A stretch of 64,000 nt of DNA from Octopus sinensis (taxonomy: Eukaryota), in assembly GCF_006345805.1 (NCBI RefSeq), contig NC_043001.1, forward strand, positions 119,226,001 through 119,290,000. Direction: 5' to 3'. The notes beneath the pieces are model-generated. The model ran no database searches, was not told the origin of the DNA, and saw only the letters and a list, made by a program, of their open reading frames with translations. Each line of letters begins with the position of its first letter. Position 1 is the stretch's first letter. This document shows, in pieces, positions 27,161-40,257 of the stretch. The position numbers were made by a program, and so were the translations under genes.

Positions 27161-27459
27161 GTCTATATATATTTATTTGAATAAATATATATGTGCATAT
27201 TTATGTTCACACACATATACATTAATAAGGTAACAATTTAGAATATATTGATAATACATTTTAAATAGTGCAAGCATTATCTGTTACAAAGCTCAATATG
27301 GTGGGTAGAGTGCATAGATATTTAGTTATTATTCATACCAAAGTATACTCGGAGTTTCAGCCTTAACTGAGCTGTTGACGACTGCAGGCAATGGGAAATT
27401 CTTTAATACTTATTTGGTTGTTTTTTCATACACATAATTATACATGAAAATAAACTTTA

Positions 27460-27493
<34 letters not shown>

Positions 27494-27639
27494 GGTATCG
27501 AGAGATAGTGAAAGAGAGAGGGAGAGAGAGAGAGAGAGAGAGAGAGGGAGATGGAGAGCGGTCACGTGTCGCAACGTAAATTTGTTTATTTCTGTACTCG
27601 TACAGGATTACATCGTAAAGTTATACCATCAAACAAAAT

Positions 27640-28034
27640 TACGAGTAGTAGTAGTAGTAGTAGCAGCAGCAGCAACAGTAGTAGAAGTTCTGCGTTCTGT
27701 TACTATTGACTATGCACACCATGAATGTTGTTAATGTGACATATGTATGTATGTATGTCTGTATGTATGTATGTATGTATGTATGTCTGTATGTCTGTAT
27801 GTATGTATGTCTGTATGTATGTATGTATGTATGTATGTATGTATGTATGTATGTATGTACGTATGTATGTATGTACGTATGTATGTATGTATGTATGTAT
27901 GTATGTCTGTATGTATGTCTGTATGTATGTATGTATGTATGTATGTGTATGTATGTATGTATGTATGTATATAGATGGACATATATACACCTAAAATCAG
28001 TTTCAGTCGTGCTAATCTGGCATGGAAGCACACA

Positions 28035-28092
<58 letters not shown>

Positions 28093-28140
28093 CACACTCA
28101 TACGCATGCACACACACATACACATGCGCACACACACTCA
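27640..28140. repeat. Compound (GTA)/(GCA), (TATG)n and (CA)n microsatellites
   Basis: Directly visible; source of the MYVC/HT ORFs. Confidence 0.95.
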
Positions 28141-28668
28141 TACACGAGCAGAATATCCGCTAATTCCAGAATGTCTATCAAGAATGCACACCTCTTCTAA
28201 ATCCAACAGCCACCATTGTGCAGTTTTGAAGTCTCTTTCTCCAAACTTCTATGACATGCAGTTTACTCTGTGAACTCGCTCAAAGCCGATCATCTGACCT
28301 ATCCTATGTAGCCAATCTGGATTATATTAACGCAAGGTTTCTGACGTCTTGTGAATAATAGTTTCTTCAAGGGATTATCAGATAAGCGCACTATTCATGT
28401 CATCTGATGTGCTGAAGATCGACACCATATCCGCAATTTCAAAGAGATTTTCAAAACTAGAGTATATTTTAGTGGGGTAAGAATTACAACAAAAACGACA
28501 ACAACAATAACAACAACAACAACAACAACAATAATAATAATAATAATAATAATAAAAATAATAATAATAGTTTCAAATTTTGGCACAAGACAAGTAGAAA
28601 TTTGAGGGACAGACAAGTGGATGAGATCGACCCCAGTACTCTGAATCTACTTTGTCCTATTATCCTTT

Positions 28669-28725
<57 letters not shown>

Positions 28726-28889
28726 ATGTGTATGTGTGTATGTGTGTGTGTGTGTAAGTGTTTGTGTATGCATATATATATTATTTTAACAGCCAAGGGA
28801 AATAACCCATTTATTTTCCTAAATTATTTGGTAAAAATGAAACTAACTATGATCATTTCTTAGTATTTGAACTGTTAGAGTTATTTTCG

Positions 28890-29370
28890 CAACTTATAAT
28901 GTACAACCCTTAAAGAAGTAAATAGTATTTTCTTAAGCAATAGATCCACTTATTTCGGTTAGTGACTTATTCACGAATACACCAACACTAGCGCCCTTGA
29001 AGGTAATATTCTTTGGGAACGCACAAAAGCCCTTTTCAGAGTTATTTACTTTGAATTGTTATTATCTCATATCTCAATAGCCTGTTATTACGTAACGTGC
29101 TTCACGATTTTAGTATACTTACTTTATTAGTATTTCCTCCTATGTTCTATACACTCTGGGAACGCATTCAAGCACTTTTGGGGTCTACTTTATTTGAATT
29201 CTTACTCTCGGGTAACTAATTTCATGTTATTACATAAGTGACTTCACAGTTTCGGTATTCATAACTTCTTGAGAATTCCTAAAAGCAAGATACTGTGTAA
29301 GACAGTTCAGCATTCTCTGTGAATGCACAAAAACCGTTTCAAGGACTACATACTTTGTATTGTTGTTATT
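28890..29370. repeat. Old degenerate tandem repeat, period about 143-161 bp, 3-4 units
   Basis: ctttgggaacgcacaaaagccc (29011), ctctgggaacgcattcaagcac (29154) and ctctgtgaatgcacaaaaaccg (29315) align, as do the intervening tgttattac..gtg.cttcac segments. Confidence 0.65.
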
Positions 29371-29520
29371 GGATTAGCGAAACAATTATGAGATCAGACC
29401 CAACCGATAAGCCCCTCATTCCTGGGAATTACCGGGTATGTCAGCTAGTATATATATGGCTAAAATTAAACGTGTAACACACTGATTGGTGTATATATAT
29501 ATACATCTATTAGTGTGTTA

Positions 29521-29943
29521 CAGGAGTGGCTGTGTGGTAAGTAGCTTGCTAACCAACCACATGGTTCCGGGTTCAGTCCCACTGCGTGGCATCTTGGGCA
29601 AGTGTCTTCTGCTATAGCCCCGGGCCGACCAATGCCTTGTGAGTGGATTTGGTAGACGGAAACTGAAAGAAGCCTGTCGTATATGTCTATATATATATAT
29701 ATATATGTGTGTGTGTGCGTGTGTGTGTTTGTGTGTCTGTGTTTGTCCCCCTAGCATTGCTTGACAACCGATGCTGGTGTGTATACGTCCCCGTCACTTA
29801 GCGGTTCGGCAAAGAGACCGATAAAATTAGTACTGGCCTTACAAAGAATAAGTCCCGGGGTCGATTTGCTCGACTAAAGGCGGTGCTCCAGCATGGCCGC
29901 AGTCAAATGACTGAAACAAGTAAAAGAGTAAAAAGAGTAAAGA

Positions 29944-29944
<1 letters not shown>
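29521..29944 (+). mobile_element. tRNA-derived SINE family 1, near full length, with central (TA)(TG) microsatellite
   Basis: A-box-like tggctgtgtggt and B-box-like ggttcagtccc, a central microsatellite and a tail ending gtaaaagag; highly similar to 41074-41480. Named octopus SINE family not determined. Confidence 0.88.
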
Positions 29945-29978
<34 letters not shown>

Positions 29979-30015
29979 CATACATACATACATATGGGCA
30001 ATATATATATATATG

Positions 30016-30055
<40 letters not shown>

Positions 30056-30177
30056 CATATGGGCAATATATATATATATATATGTATGTATATGTATATA
30101 TATATATATATCGTCGTATATGTATGTGTATATGTATATGTATATGTATATATATCGTCGTTCAACTCCATTCTTTC

Positions 30178-30217
<40 letters not shown>

Positions 30218-30252
30218 GAAAGAATGGAGTTGAACGACGATTTAACAAAATT

Positions 30253-30347
30253 CCTTTATTCTCGACATATGTTTCGAAGGCTGCATATTCCTAATTTCGA
30301 AGGAATAAGGGGTGCATTATGCCGCCTTCTCATCAGGAAAAACAAGG
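30253..30347 (-). ncRNA. Type I hammerhead ribozyme (minus-strand copy)
   Basis: Minus strand: CUUGUUUUUC-CUGAUGA-GAAGGC..GCCUUC-GAAA-CAUAUG-UC-GAGAAUAAAG. Core on + strand is tcatcag at 30330-30336 and tttc at 30272-30275. Confidence 0.85.
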
Positions 30348-30476
30348 AACTTATGTCAGCATCAAGATGAACAAAAACTCTTAGGTGACTGCCCACACGG
30401 AGTCCATTTTTATCGCTATGTCTCCGTGTGGGCAGTCATCTAAGAGTTTTTGTGCATCTTGATGCTGACATAAGTT

Positions 30477-30571
30477 CCTTGTTTTTCCTGATGAGAAGGT
30501 GGCATAATGCACCCCTTATTCCTTCGATATTAGGAATATGCAGCCTTCGAAACATATGTCGAGAATAAAGG
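30477..30571 (+). ncRNA. Type I hammerhead ribozyme (plus-strand copy)
   Basis: CUGAUGA 30488-30494; stem II GAAGG/CCUUC; GAAA 30549-30552; palindromic ACAUAUGU stem/loop III; GUC cleavage triplet ending 30560; stem I UUUUC/GAGAA plus CCUU/AAGG. Confidence 0.85.
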
Positions 30572-31652
30572 AATTTTGTTAATTCGTCGTTCAACTCCAT
30601 TCTTTCATTTATTTGTATTAAAAAACACACAAATTTCCACACGAAAGTACGTGATCTCTGTTTTTCTGACGTGAATTTGCTACCCAGGTATCGGTTAACC
30701 GAATTATCCATAGTAAGATAATTCATTCAACTACTTATATATATATATATACATATATACCTATCAGTGTGTTACGCGCTAAATTTTGGCCGTAGACTTT
30801 ATTCCTGATAACCGAATATATAAATACAATGGTTGATATTTTACACTTTCTTGATTTCATGCTCAATGAATAGTAATGAAACGAAAACTAATTTCCAACA
30901 AGAGCAAATTTATTAAATTGAAATAAAAGGAATGATGCAAATACTCATTTTTACAAGTGCAACTGAAAGCACTTTATAATTATCCATTTATATACACTTC
31001 TCTAATGCTAAACAATAACATCGAAGGTGTATTCCGAATAGTACCTGTTATATGACAGGTAATATTCAGTGAGCCACTTGTACCTACGGAAGACATATCT
31101 ATAAATCAAATAAGTTCACACTTATCTCCCTTAGGGGGCAGACAAGTAGAAAATGGTAGATGTGTTGCCAATTATATTAACATATGTACAAATATATAGA
31201 ATATATATGTGTCTGTATAGGTGTATGTTCACGGGCGCACAAGCATACATACATACAGATACAGATGTGTGTATATGCCGTATGTCTGTGATTTTGTGAC
31301 ACAGGGAGAGACAGAAATAGAGTGGTTAAAGGAAGACATGTTGTCAGTGGTTTTCTCTACGAAGTAAAAGGGTGATATTGGATACTCGCCCCCGCTCTTA
31401 TGTTTTATTAAGAATGAAATTAAGGATATAGCAATTCTCAATAGATATTATGCACTGTAGCGGAAAATACAACGATTTTTTGGTCATACAGAAATATTAA
31501 GCAGGGCCAGCAGTAGAGATTCTGAATTCACCAACCGTATCTAACACTAAACATAAAAGATAACAACTATTAGATTCTAGAAAACAAAATGAGAATATAA
31601 CAGCAAAACAACAACAACAACAACAATAACAATAACAATAATATTTATAATG

Positions 31653-31689
<37 letters not shown>

Positions 31690-32715
31690 TAATAATAATA
31701 ATGAGTAAAAAGAGGAAAAATATCTAAAAATGTAGAAGCAATAAAGCGACCAGTTCCTTATTGGGGATGCTAGGACGCTGATGGTCGCTTGGTGTTGGTG
31801 GAGTGGAAGGAGTGTGTTTATTTTGAGCTTTGGTATTACGATAAATTCGCAAACGGTTCACCTCTTTAATTTCTGGTTACTGATGAGAAATGATAAGAGT
31901 CTAACCGAGACAATATATTGAATAGAATTACGAAAGAAGAAAAAAAGTAGATAGACTTACTTGGAAAAGGACAAAGTGACGTCATTGATAGCAAATATTG
32001 TTGAAGTTAAACAAGACTTAGAGCCAAGCTTCACCATCAGGCTTGTGTTCCAAATATATGGGCTAATTCCTGGAAATATACGTTAATTCTGTAATAAATG
32101 AATTGAAATCAAATCACTCTGAAAGCATATCTTCCCTTTGGGGTTCTTGAAATTGTTTCCTAATTTTATCCACCCATCTCGGATTTTGGCTTCTGCTTCT
32201 CCCTCTCACAGTTCCAGTGTAAATCAAGATATTGGCGTAAGTTCCAGTCAAGTAATTCATTGGAATTCATAATCCCTTTGGTCCCCCGGATGTTAATGTC
32301 GTTTCGCTCTCCAGGATCTCATCTGCCTTTACCAAGTATTATTTCTTACTCTACTGGGCGCCCACACACTATACTCTCAGGGAAAGCTTGGTAACAGAAA
32401 ATTTAGTCACAGACCAATCAACCACGAGGAGGCAGTACTAAATCACGTGATAACCATTAATAAGTTTCTATCAATCTGTGATGGAATTAAAGCATGAGCT
32501 CATGTAACAATTGTTAAAGCTTAATGACTAATTCTGAATCTTCAATTTCCTTCCCTGTTGATTATCTTTATTCTCCATTCCTTTAGCAGATGAGGAGTCA
32601 CATCTTCCATTTCCCTTCAATGGGACACAGATGTATTGTCTGTTGGTTTCGAGTATTAATTTGTGAAGAATGGACTTAAACATGGCAAGCCAACGAACCA
32701 CTCGTCATTTCTAAA

Positions 32716-33020
32716 GAGCGTAGCTCGGCGGTTAGGTTATTCGGGTCATAATCGTGAGCTCGATATCCGGTGTGTCCTTGAGCAAGATACTTTATTTCAC
32801 GTTTCTCCAGATCACTCAACTGGCAAAAATGAGTCGTACATGTATATCAAAAGACCAACATTGTCCCATTCTTTATCATGCTGAATCTCTCCGAGAACTA
32901 TATTGAGGATTACGCATGTCTTGTGGTTGCCTAGCCACTTGCAGATTAATTTCACGAGCAGGCTCTTCCATTCATCGGATCAACTGGAACATCGTGTGGT
33001 GACCGACAGTACACTATTAC
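32716..33020 (+). mobile_element. tRNA-derived SINE family 2, decayed
   Basis: tagctcggcggttagg head, gtgtccttgagcaagatacttta core, ctcaactggcaaaaatgagt; homologous to 35489-35780. Confidence 0.8.
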
Positions 33021-33816
33021 GATCACATCCACTGCGGAGAATGGCGATGGTGATGGGAACTCGCATCGGTACATTATTCCGTGAAAATTTTGTTGTTTTT
33101 TTTTAATATCAAGTCGATTAGTATGATTTTTTTGGAATGAGTAACTGTTGATTCTTTGGTGCCAAGTCAGCGCTAATTGAACACATCTATGTATGACCAA
33201 AAGCATTCCATACTTGACAACCGTGTCGCTTTGTATGCCCAGTACGTCGATATTCCATATCTGCTTCTTTAAAAAGAATGTACAGTATGCTTTGAACGAG
33301 GTTTGGTTGATAGGGATTCCTGTCGTTGGCTCATTTAAATAACAACGTTGTTAATATATCTGAAATACACAACTAGCCATGTAATTGAATGAATTAATTA
33401 GCAGAATAACTTTCTATTTGGTTTCTAACTCATTTGAAAATGAATTTCCGATGTTTCTTGAATCAGGATTCAACCTGCAGTAAAACTGATTTGAAGACGA
33501 CGTGTCATGAAGATGCAAAATCATTGAGAGAATATAAATTATTCAAGGATAATTAAATATTTGGCAACTACACATAGTGATATATTTCAGTGTAAGGGAG
33601 GATTAAGTGGTGGATGTAGTGAACTTTATAAAGTTTGAAGAAAAAGAACGTTTATAGAACTATAATTACTATTGTTAGGTCACCTTTCAGAAAGGGCATA
33701 ACTGTTTGTTCGGAAACAAAGAATTGTTGGAGTGGCAGAAAGGGTCGAGAATCGAATTAAATGTCTTTTCTAATATCTAAATTCTGTTGTAGCGGCTTCA
33801 TATCCACTTTTAAAGA

Positions 33817-34082
33817 AGGCGGCAACCTGGCAAAATCGTTAGCACGCCGGACGAAATGCTTAGCGGCATTTTGACTGTCTTTACATTCTAAGTTCGATTC
33901 CCGCCGAAGTTGACTTTACCTTTCATTATGACCATTGGGGCCATTGTGATAAATCAAATACCAATTGCTCACTGGGGTTGCTGCAATAAAATAAGTACCA
34001 GTTGGTCACTAGGATCATTGTAACCAACTTACCCTCTCCTCCAAAATTACTGGCATTGAGCCAAAATGTGAAGCCAGTATTA
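33817..34082 (+). mobile_element. tRNA-derived SINE family 3
   Basis: ctggcaaaatcgttagcacgccggacg head, agttcgattccc B-box-like, aataagtaccag and ccaaaatgtgaagcc tail. Fragments of the same family lie near 6575, 15564, 28570 and 62915. Confidence 0.7.
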
Positions 34083-35024
34083 AAATTTTGTCTCTCTAAA
34101 TTCTGACTATCGCTGTTTTTCTCCTTTTTAATCGCATTTAAATTGTTTTCTATCCCGCATGAATTAACTGAATAGGTACCAGGCAAAAAAGAAAAAAAAA
34201 CAGAGTTTGAGGAAACAGATGGAAATCAAAAATTGCACAGTGAAATTCGTAAATTCAGATGATTATATGATGCGAATTAAACGTTTCAAAGTTGAATTTT
34301 CATCTCCGAGATAAACAAGTTTTCGATTTTAAGGTGTTTAAAGTGAAGTGGAAATATATAAGTAGGGCAGTAAAAGGCAGAAAGTACTCATGCGAGATGT
34401 GAGTAAATATATAGTTTTAAAAAAATAGTAAATCATTAGTGGCGCGTGATAAAGTTGAGTATATGAGGGCAGGAATATTTCCTGTTGTGAGAAATACATT
34501 GCGAGGGAAATAATGAGAAAGAGGGAAGTGTTGAGAGTAAGCAAGTGGCCCCCACGTAATTGAAACAGATTAAACAAGTCAGACAGGGAAACAATGTTTT
34601 GTTATATGAATAGTTAAATTAAGGAGACAAAAGGAAGACGAAAGAGCGTTGTATGGGCATACGAAATAAGGTGAGTATATGTAAGTATCATCATACAACG
34701 AAACTTGAATACGCTGTATCCATCTCAGGCATATTTTTCATGTTGTGCCAAAGTAATTATCTTACCAATAATGTTTCCATCAATATCATTATCGTGGCAA
34801 GGCGTTCTACATCAGTTAACTTCATCGTCTTGTTTTGATTTCCTGTCGATACTATTTCACTAATGCTTAAGTTATAATTTCCCTTTCTAATCTTCTCTAA
34901 AACTATTAGTTTATTTAAGTGTCGTCAAAATAAACTTAAATATTTCCGTTTAGTTATTTTTGTCTTTTAATTTTGTGGATCAATACGTTTGTATCACTCA
35001 CTCGTTCATTCATTCACGCACACA

Positions 35025-35345
<321 letters not shown>

Positions 35346-35488
35346 CTCTCTGTGTGTGTGTGTGTGTGCTGCATGTTATTGGATATGCAAGTTTTGTATG
35401 CGACACCACGTCTTGAAACAATTAATGGGTTACTTATAATTCCTAGACTAACGCAAAAGTAAAGAAGCAAAGTTCACTAAACTAAAGT

Positions 35489-35780
35489 TCGGCTCATGAT
35501 CGTAAGGTTGTGCGTTCGATTCCCGGCGACGCGTTGTGTCCTTGAGCAAGACACTTTATTTCACGTTGCTCCAGTCCACTCAGCTGGCAAAAATGAGTTG
35601 TACTTGTACTTCAAAGGGTCAGCCTTGTCACTCTCTGTGTCACGCTGATTATCCCCGAGAACTACGTTAAGGGTACACGTGTCTGTGGAATGCTCAGCCA
35701 TTTGCACGTTAATTTCACGAGCAAGCTGTTCCGTTGATCGTATCAGCTGGGACCCTCGTCGTCGTAACCGGCGGAGTCTC
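35489..35780 (+). mobile_element. tRNA-derived SINE family 2
   Basis: gttcgattccc B box, gtgtccttgagcaagacacttta, ccactcagctggcaaaaatgag; ends before (TA)n. Confidence 0.85.
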
Positions 35781-35883
<103 letters not shown>

Positions 35884-36610
35884 ATGTATGTATGTATGTA
35901 TGTATGTATGTATGTACGTACAATGAAGAACGGAGAGTTACATCTTTGAAATTCCTTTATTGATAGCATTTTCTGTATATTATTACTTTCCAACACGTTT
36001 TTCAGACGAGTAAATGCAGTAAGGACCTTTGATAAAATAGTTTTGTGTATTTATTTAATTTCTATTAAATCAACTTTTATTAATTTCTTATATATTCCTA
36101 CCAAGATATTATTTTAGAAACTTATATTTAATGCTATAACCTTCAGCTCATGTCACTCACCCATTAAAGCTGTATCGGACCTCAAGCTTTGGATTTGTAC
36201 GATTTAATATAGATCTACTAAGTGCATAAACTTATTGTATCAAAGGACCCAAAGACATTTAATCAGCAGAGATTCGTATCAGAATTTAATATGAAAAAAG
36301 TGCATTTTAGGAAGTAAATTTCAAAGATGTATAACTTTCCATTCTTCAATAATTGTGGCTTGATAGTATACTCTATATTCTACGAGAAATTCATTGAACC
36401 GAACTCAGGATTTACCAATCGAGTGCAGTTCAGTTGAAGTGTTCTCCCTTCGATTGGTTTAATTGATAATTCTAAACTAACCTAAATATTTCCTATCATT
36501 CGATGTGGTTAGCTAAGACCGGATTTCCGGTTTTTATCAGAGTGCTTGTAAGATATCTGCTTGAGATTTAAAGTCCCAATTGCTTTGTCTGATATAATAT
36601 ATATACATAC

Positions 36611-36689
<79 letters not shown>

Positions 36690-39396
36690 GCGTGTGTGCA
36701 TGTGTGTGTATGTGTTTGTGTTTGCGTATGTGTGTTTGTTTGTTTGTTTGTTTGTGTGTGCGTGTGCGCGCGTGCGTGCAGCAATTAAAGATTATTACTG
36801 TTCTGTTACTGTTCTATTTGTTTCATTCGGACAAAGACGATCAACAGACGGAATCTTAGCCAAGAATTTTTGCAAGTGACGATCATTTGATGCTTCAAAA
36901 TTTGTTTCGGTTTCTTACTGATACAGAAATATTGATACCAGAAAAGCGTTGTCTTTGACAATGTTTGTACTTGGGTGAAGAATAATGTTAAGGATGATTT
37001 GGTGTAAGTGTGAGTCTTTGGTAAAGATAAAGTTTGTGAATTAGCGATCCCTTATATTTTACGCATTTAAATTACTGTATTTAAAAAAGACATTAATGGT
37101 TCATCTCTCTCACGACATTTGAACAACAATTAGGCAAATTCAGAATGGAACAAACTAGTATGTACTAGTTTGTTCGATTAAATCTGTTTTTGAATTATAG
37201 TAACTATAAAAATGTTCAGTTTTTAGACGTAACATTAAATTTCAAGAATTAGTACATACCATTCTTGCTGTGAGTCTCATGAAAAGTTTATGTATCTGAA
37301 TAGGTTATAAATGAACATTAAAAAAAGTCTGATATATCAATAAACAAATACAAGTTTCAAAATGATCTCTTAATATATTACTATAACGCGCTGGGGGAAA
37401 AAGTTGCCTTCATACGTAAAATTAAATTCATTATTTAAATTTCAAAACATTGTTAACTGGTTTAACCGTAATTATCAAAGCATCTATTATAAGTGGAAGT
37501 TGAAAGACAATGGGATTGAAAACGTCAGGAATAATCCAGAAATTAAGGATCGTAGTAAAACATTCACTAAAAAGCCAAACATTGTAGTATATGTATTACA
37601 GAGAAATTCCTTATCTTAAATGATGTCCTGAAGTCAACTATCAGTGTGAAAAATGAAGAAACGAATCGCTATGAACATTACTATAATGTTGATATACTAT
37701 ATTTTTGAAAGTTTGAGCATTATCAAAACCTATAATATCAAGCTGCAAAGGGAAGCAATTAAACACTCCAAGGCATTTAATCAGGAACTTTAACGTTCCT
37801 CCATTCATTCTTTAACCAGCTTTCATTCTTTAAAATACGATGCACCATTTGTGTGCAAAAGAAACACACCCACATTCCGATTTGCATTAATAGTAGCTAG
37901 TTGAATTACAATGTCAACACCGGCGCTCTTTTCATCTATACCAACAAGTTATGATTACTATTTACAAGCAAGTTAGTTACCCCTTAGCATGGTCTACAGA
38001 ACATGATATGATAAGAAAATTCATTACATAATTACAGTACAGTTACTTGTTAAAAATTTCCGGTTGTTTTTTTTTTCCTTTTCATGTCTCTGTCTCTAAT
38101 CGATATATCAATGTTTCTATATAAATATTTATATAAACATCGTTTCTGTGTTGAAGCAAAGCTGCTTGTCTACGGTAGAGAAGTAACTATGTGAAATTCG
38201 CGTACCACATCTTAATTTATTTCCTTTTTTATAGCTTAGTCCTTTTGTTGGGAATAGGCTTTTTATAATTGGGGCAAATTGCAGGTGTATAAAAACCTGT
38301 AAGGATACACCTGTGCTGATGACCGTTTCATTTTACAAGTTCGTAGGTATGGAACTTTTAATATTTTAAAATTCTATTTGAATGCTTGTATCAAATTTGT
38401 TTTGGTTTTCGTGCTTAACTATTTTATCCTTATCAGGATATTTTAGAGACTTTGGTTCCAAATTCAAATGTGAATAAAATGTGACCTATGACCGAAGGGT
38501 TACACATTCCTTGCTTAGTCAGCGCATCTGTCCCATTAGCATAATATCCGAGAATGGTGAAAGAAAGAGAGTCAGAAAAAATGACTTGTGGTTTACCTCA
38601 GACTAGATATACGTGCAGCAGAGTGGACTCTGCTAAAGGCGTACAGAGGTTTCATGCTTCACAGATTCATCATCATCATCATCATCATCATCTTCGTCGT
38701 CGTCGTCGTCATCATCATCATCATCATCAGTGTTGCCATCGTCGTCATTGTAAAAATATACTGTTTTCAGTAACGCTCTCCGTGCCATCATCATCTCTAT
38801 CAACTATTAAGAAGCGGTGTTTCAATGCATACGTGTCCTGCTAGAAATAGACGCGAAACCATGCACCAATTTAACTCAACACCCTTAAAAATGGGAAGGT
38901 TACCTCAAATTACATAATTTTAGGCAAGGTGGTACAGTCACGACTGGAATGCTTTTGATTTACGACCTCTGCGCTACCACCACCACCACCACCACCACCA
39001 CCTCCTCCTGCATCAAAGGTACAAACTTTAATATAGTGTTAGGAGGTATTAGTGGTGACACTGATAGCGAATGTGCGATTGATTCGGTAGTCGGTCTCTT
39101 GATAGATTACAGCTGTCTGGCTTATGATTCGGCCATGCTGACCACAATGCTCCCATTCTAAATATAGAACGTATTGACCATTCATATTATGTAACATTCA
39201 TTATTCAACAATGAATAAGCTCACTCCTACGCATCGGCGATGTCACGTGTTCTTTCAGTTTAGGATACGTGTCTGCGAGTGTATGAGATTGTTTGCGTGT
39301 GTGTGTGTGTATACGTTTGTGTATATATGTATATATATATATATTTATATGAAGAGAGAAAGAGAGAGAGAGAGAGAAAGAGAGAGGAAGAAAGGC

Positions 39397-39534
39397 ACAG
39401 GCATAGCTGTATGGTATGATGCTTGATTCCCAACCATATGGTTCTGGGTTCAGTCTCGTGTATCTTAGTACAGCCACGAGCCGAAAAGCATTTGTGAGTT
39501 GATTTGATGGAGGGATACTGAAAGAAGACCGTAG

Positions 39535-39535
<1 letters not shown>
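39397..39535 (+). mobile_element. Decayed SINE family 1 head
   Basis: tagctgtatggta ... ccaaccatatggttctgggttcagtc ... actgaaagaagaccgtagtat. Confidence 0.7.
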
Positions 39536-39566
<31 letters not shown>

Positions 39567-39728
39567 ATATATATATAATATATATATACATACACACACA
39601 CACACATATATATATGTGTGTATGTGTGTGTATTAAAGTATACATGGATGCATAGATGTCTGTAGGAATATATATATATGTATATATATATGATATATAT
39701 ATATATACTATATATATATATACATATG

Positions 39729-39857
<129 letters not shown>

Positions 39858-40150
39858 ACATATATATATATATATATAAAGGGGCTTGTATGATTGTGTA
39901 TACAGGAACAGTTGAATCACTCCTGTCACAACCTGGGACATTGAAGACTGCTATAATGCAAGAAAGTATACTAGTCCCTTAATATTTTATATTTGATATT
40001 CAATATTTCATCTATTCGATATGACAATTAATACTTCATTTCATTTTACTATATATATTATTTATAATCTATATCCTATATTCTACTTTAATATTATAAA
40101 AAATATATAAAAAACATAAAAAACAGACAGAGTTGGAATTTCTTTGAATA

Positions 40151-40202
<52 letters not shown>

Positions 40203-40257
40203 GCTGGTTGTCTACTAATTGTTCAGAATTTGACCATCTCCTGTACCTAAATGTTAC

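Larger units (their letters stand above)
30213..30611. mobile_element. 190-bp inverted repeat (19-bp spacer), Penelope-like pLTR remnant in (TA)n
   Basis: Arms 30213-30402 and 30422-30611 are reverse complements with 5 mismatches (manual comparison). Each carries a hammerhead followed by AATAAA. Confidence 0.85.

Noticed and set aside
31743-31790. Hairpin aagcgacca..tggtcgctt as a pre-miRNA
   Set aside because: Only 9 contiguous base pairs, with a large asymmetric interior.
38923-39017. Possible exon with His/Thr/Pro run between tttag and gtacaa
   Set aside because: Openness is driven by a (CAC)n repeat, the donor is weak and there is no recognisable domain.
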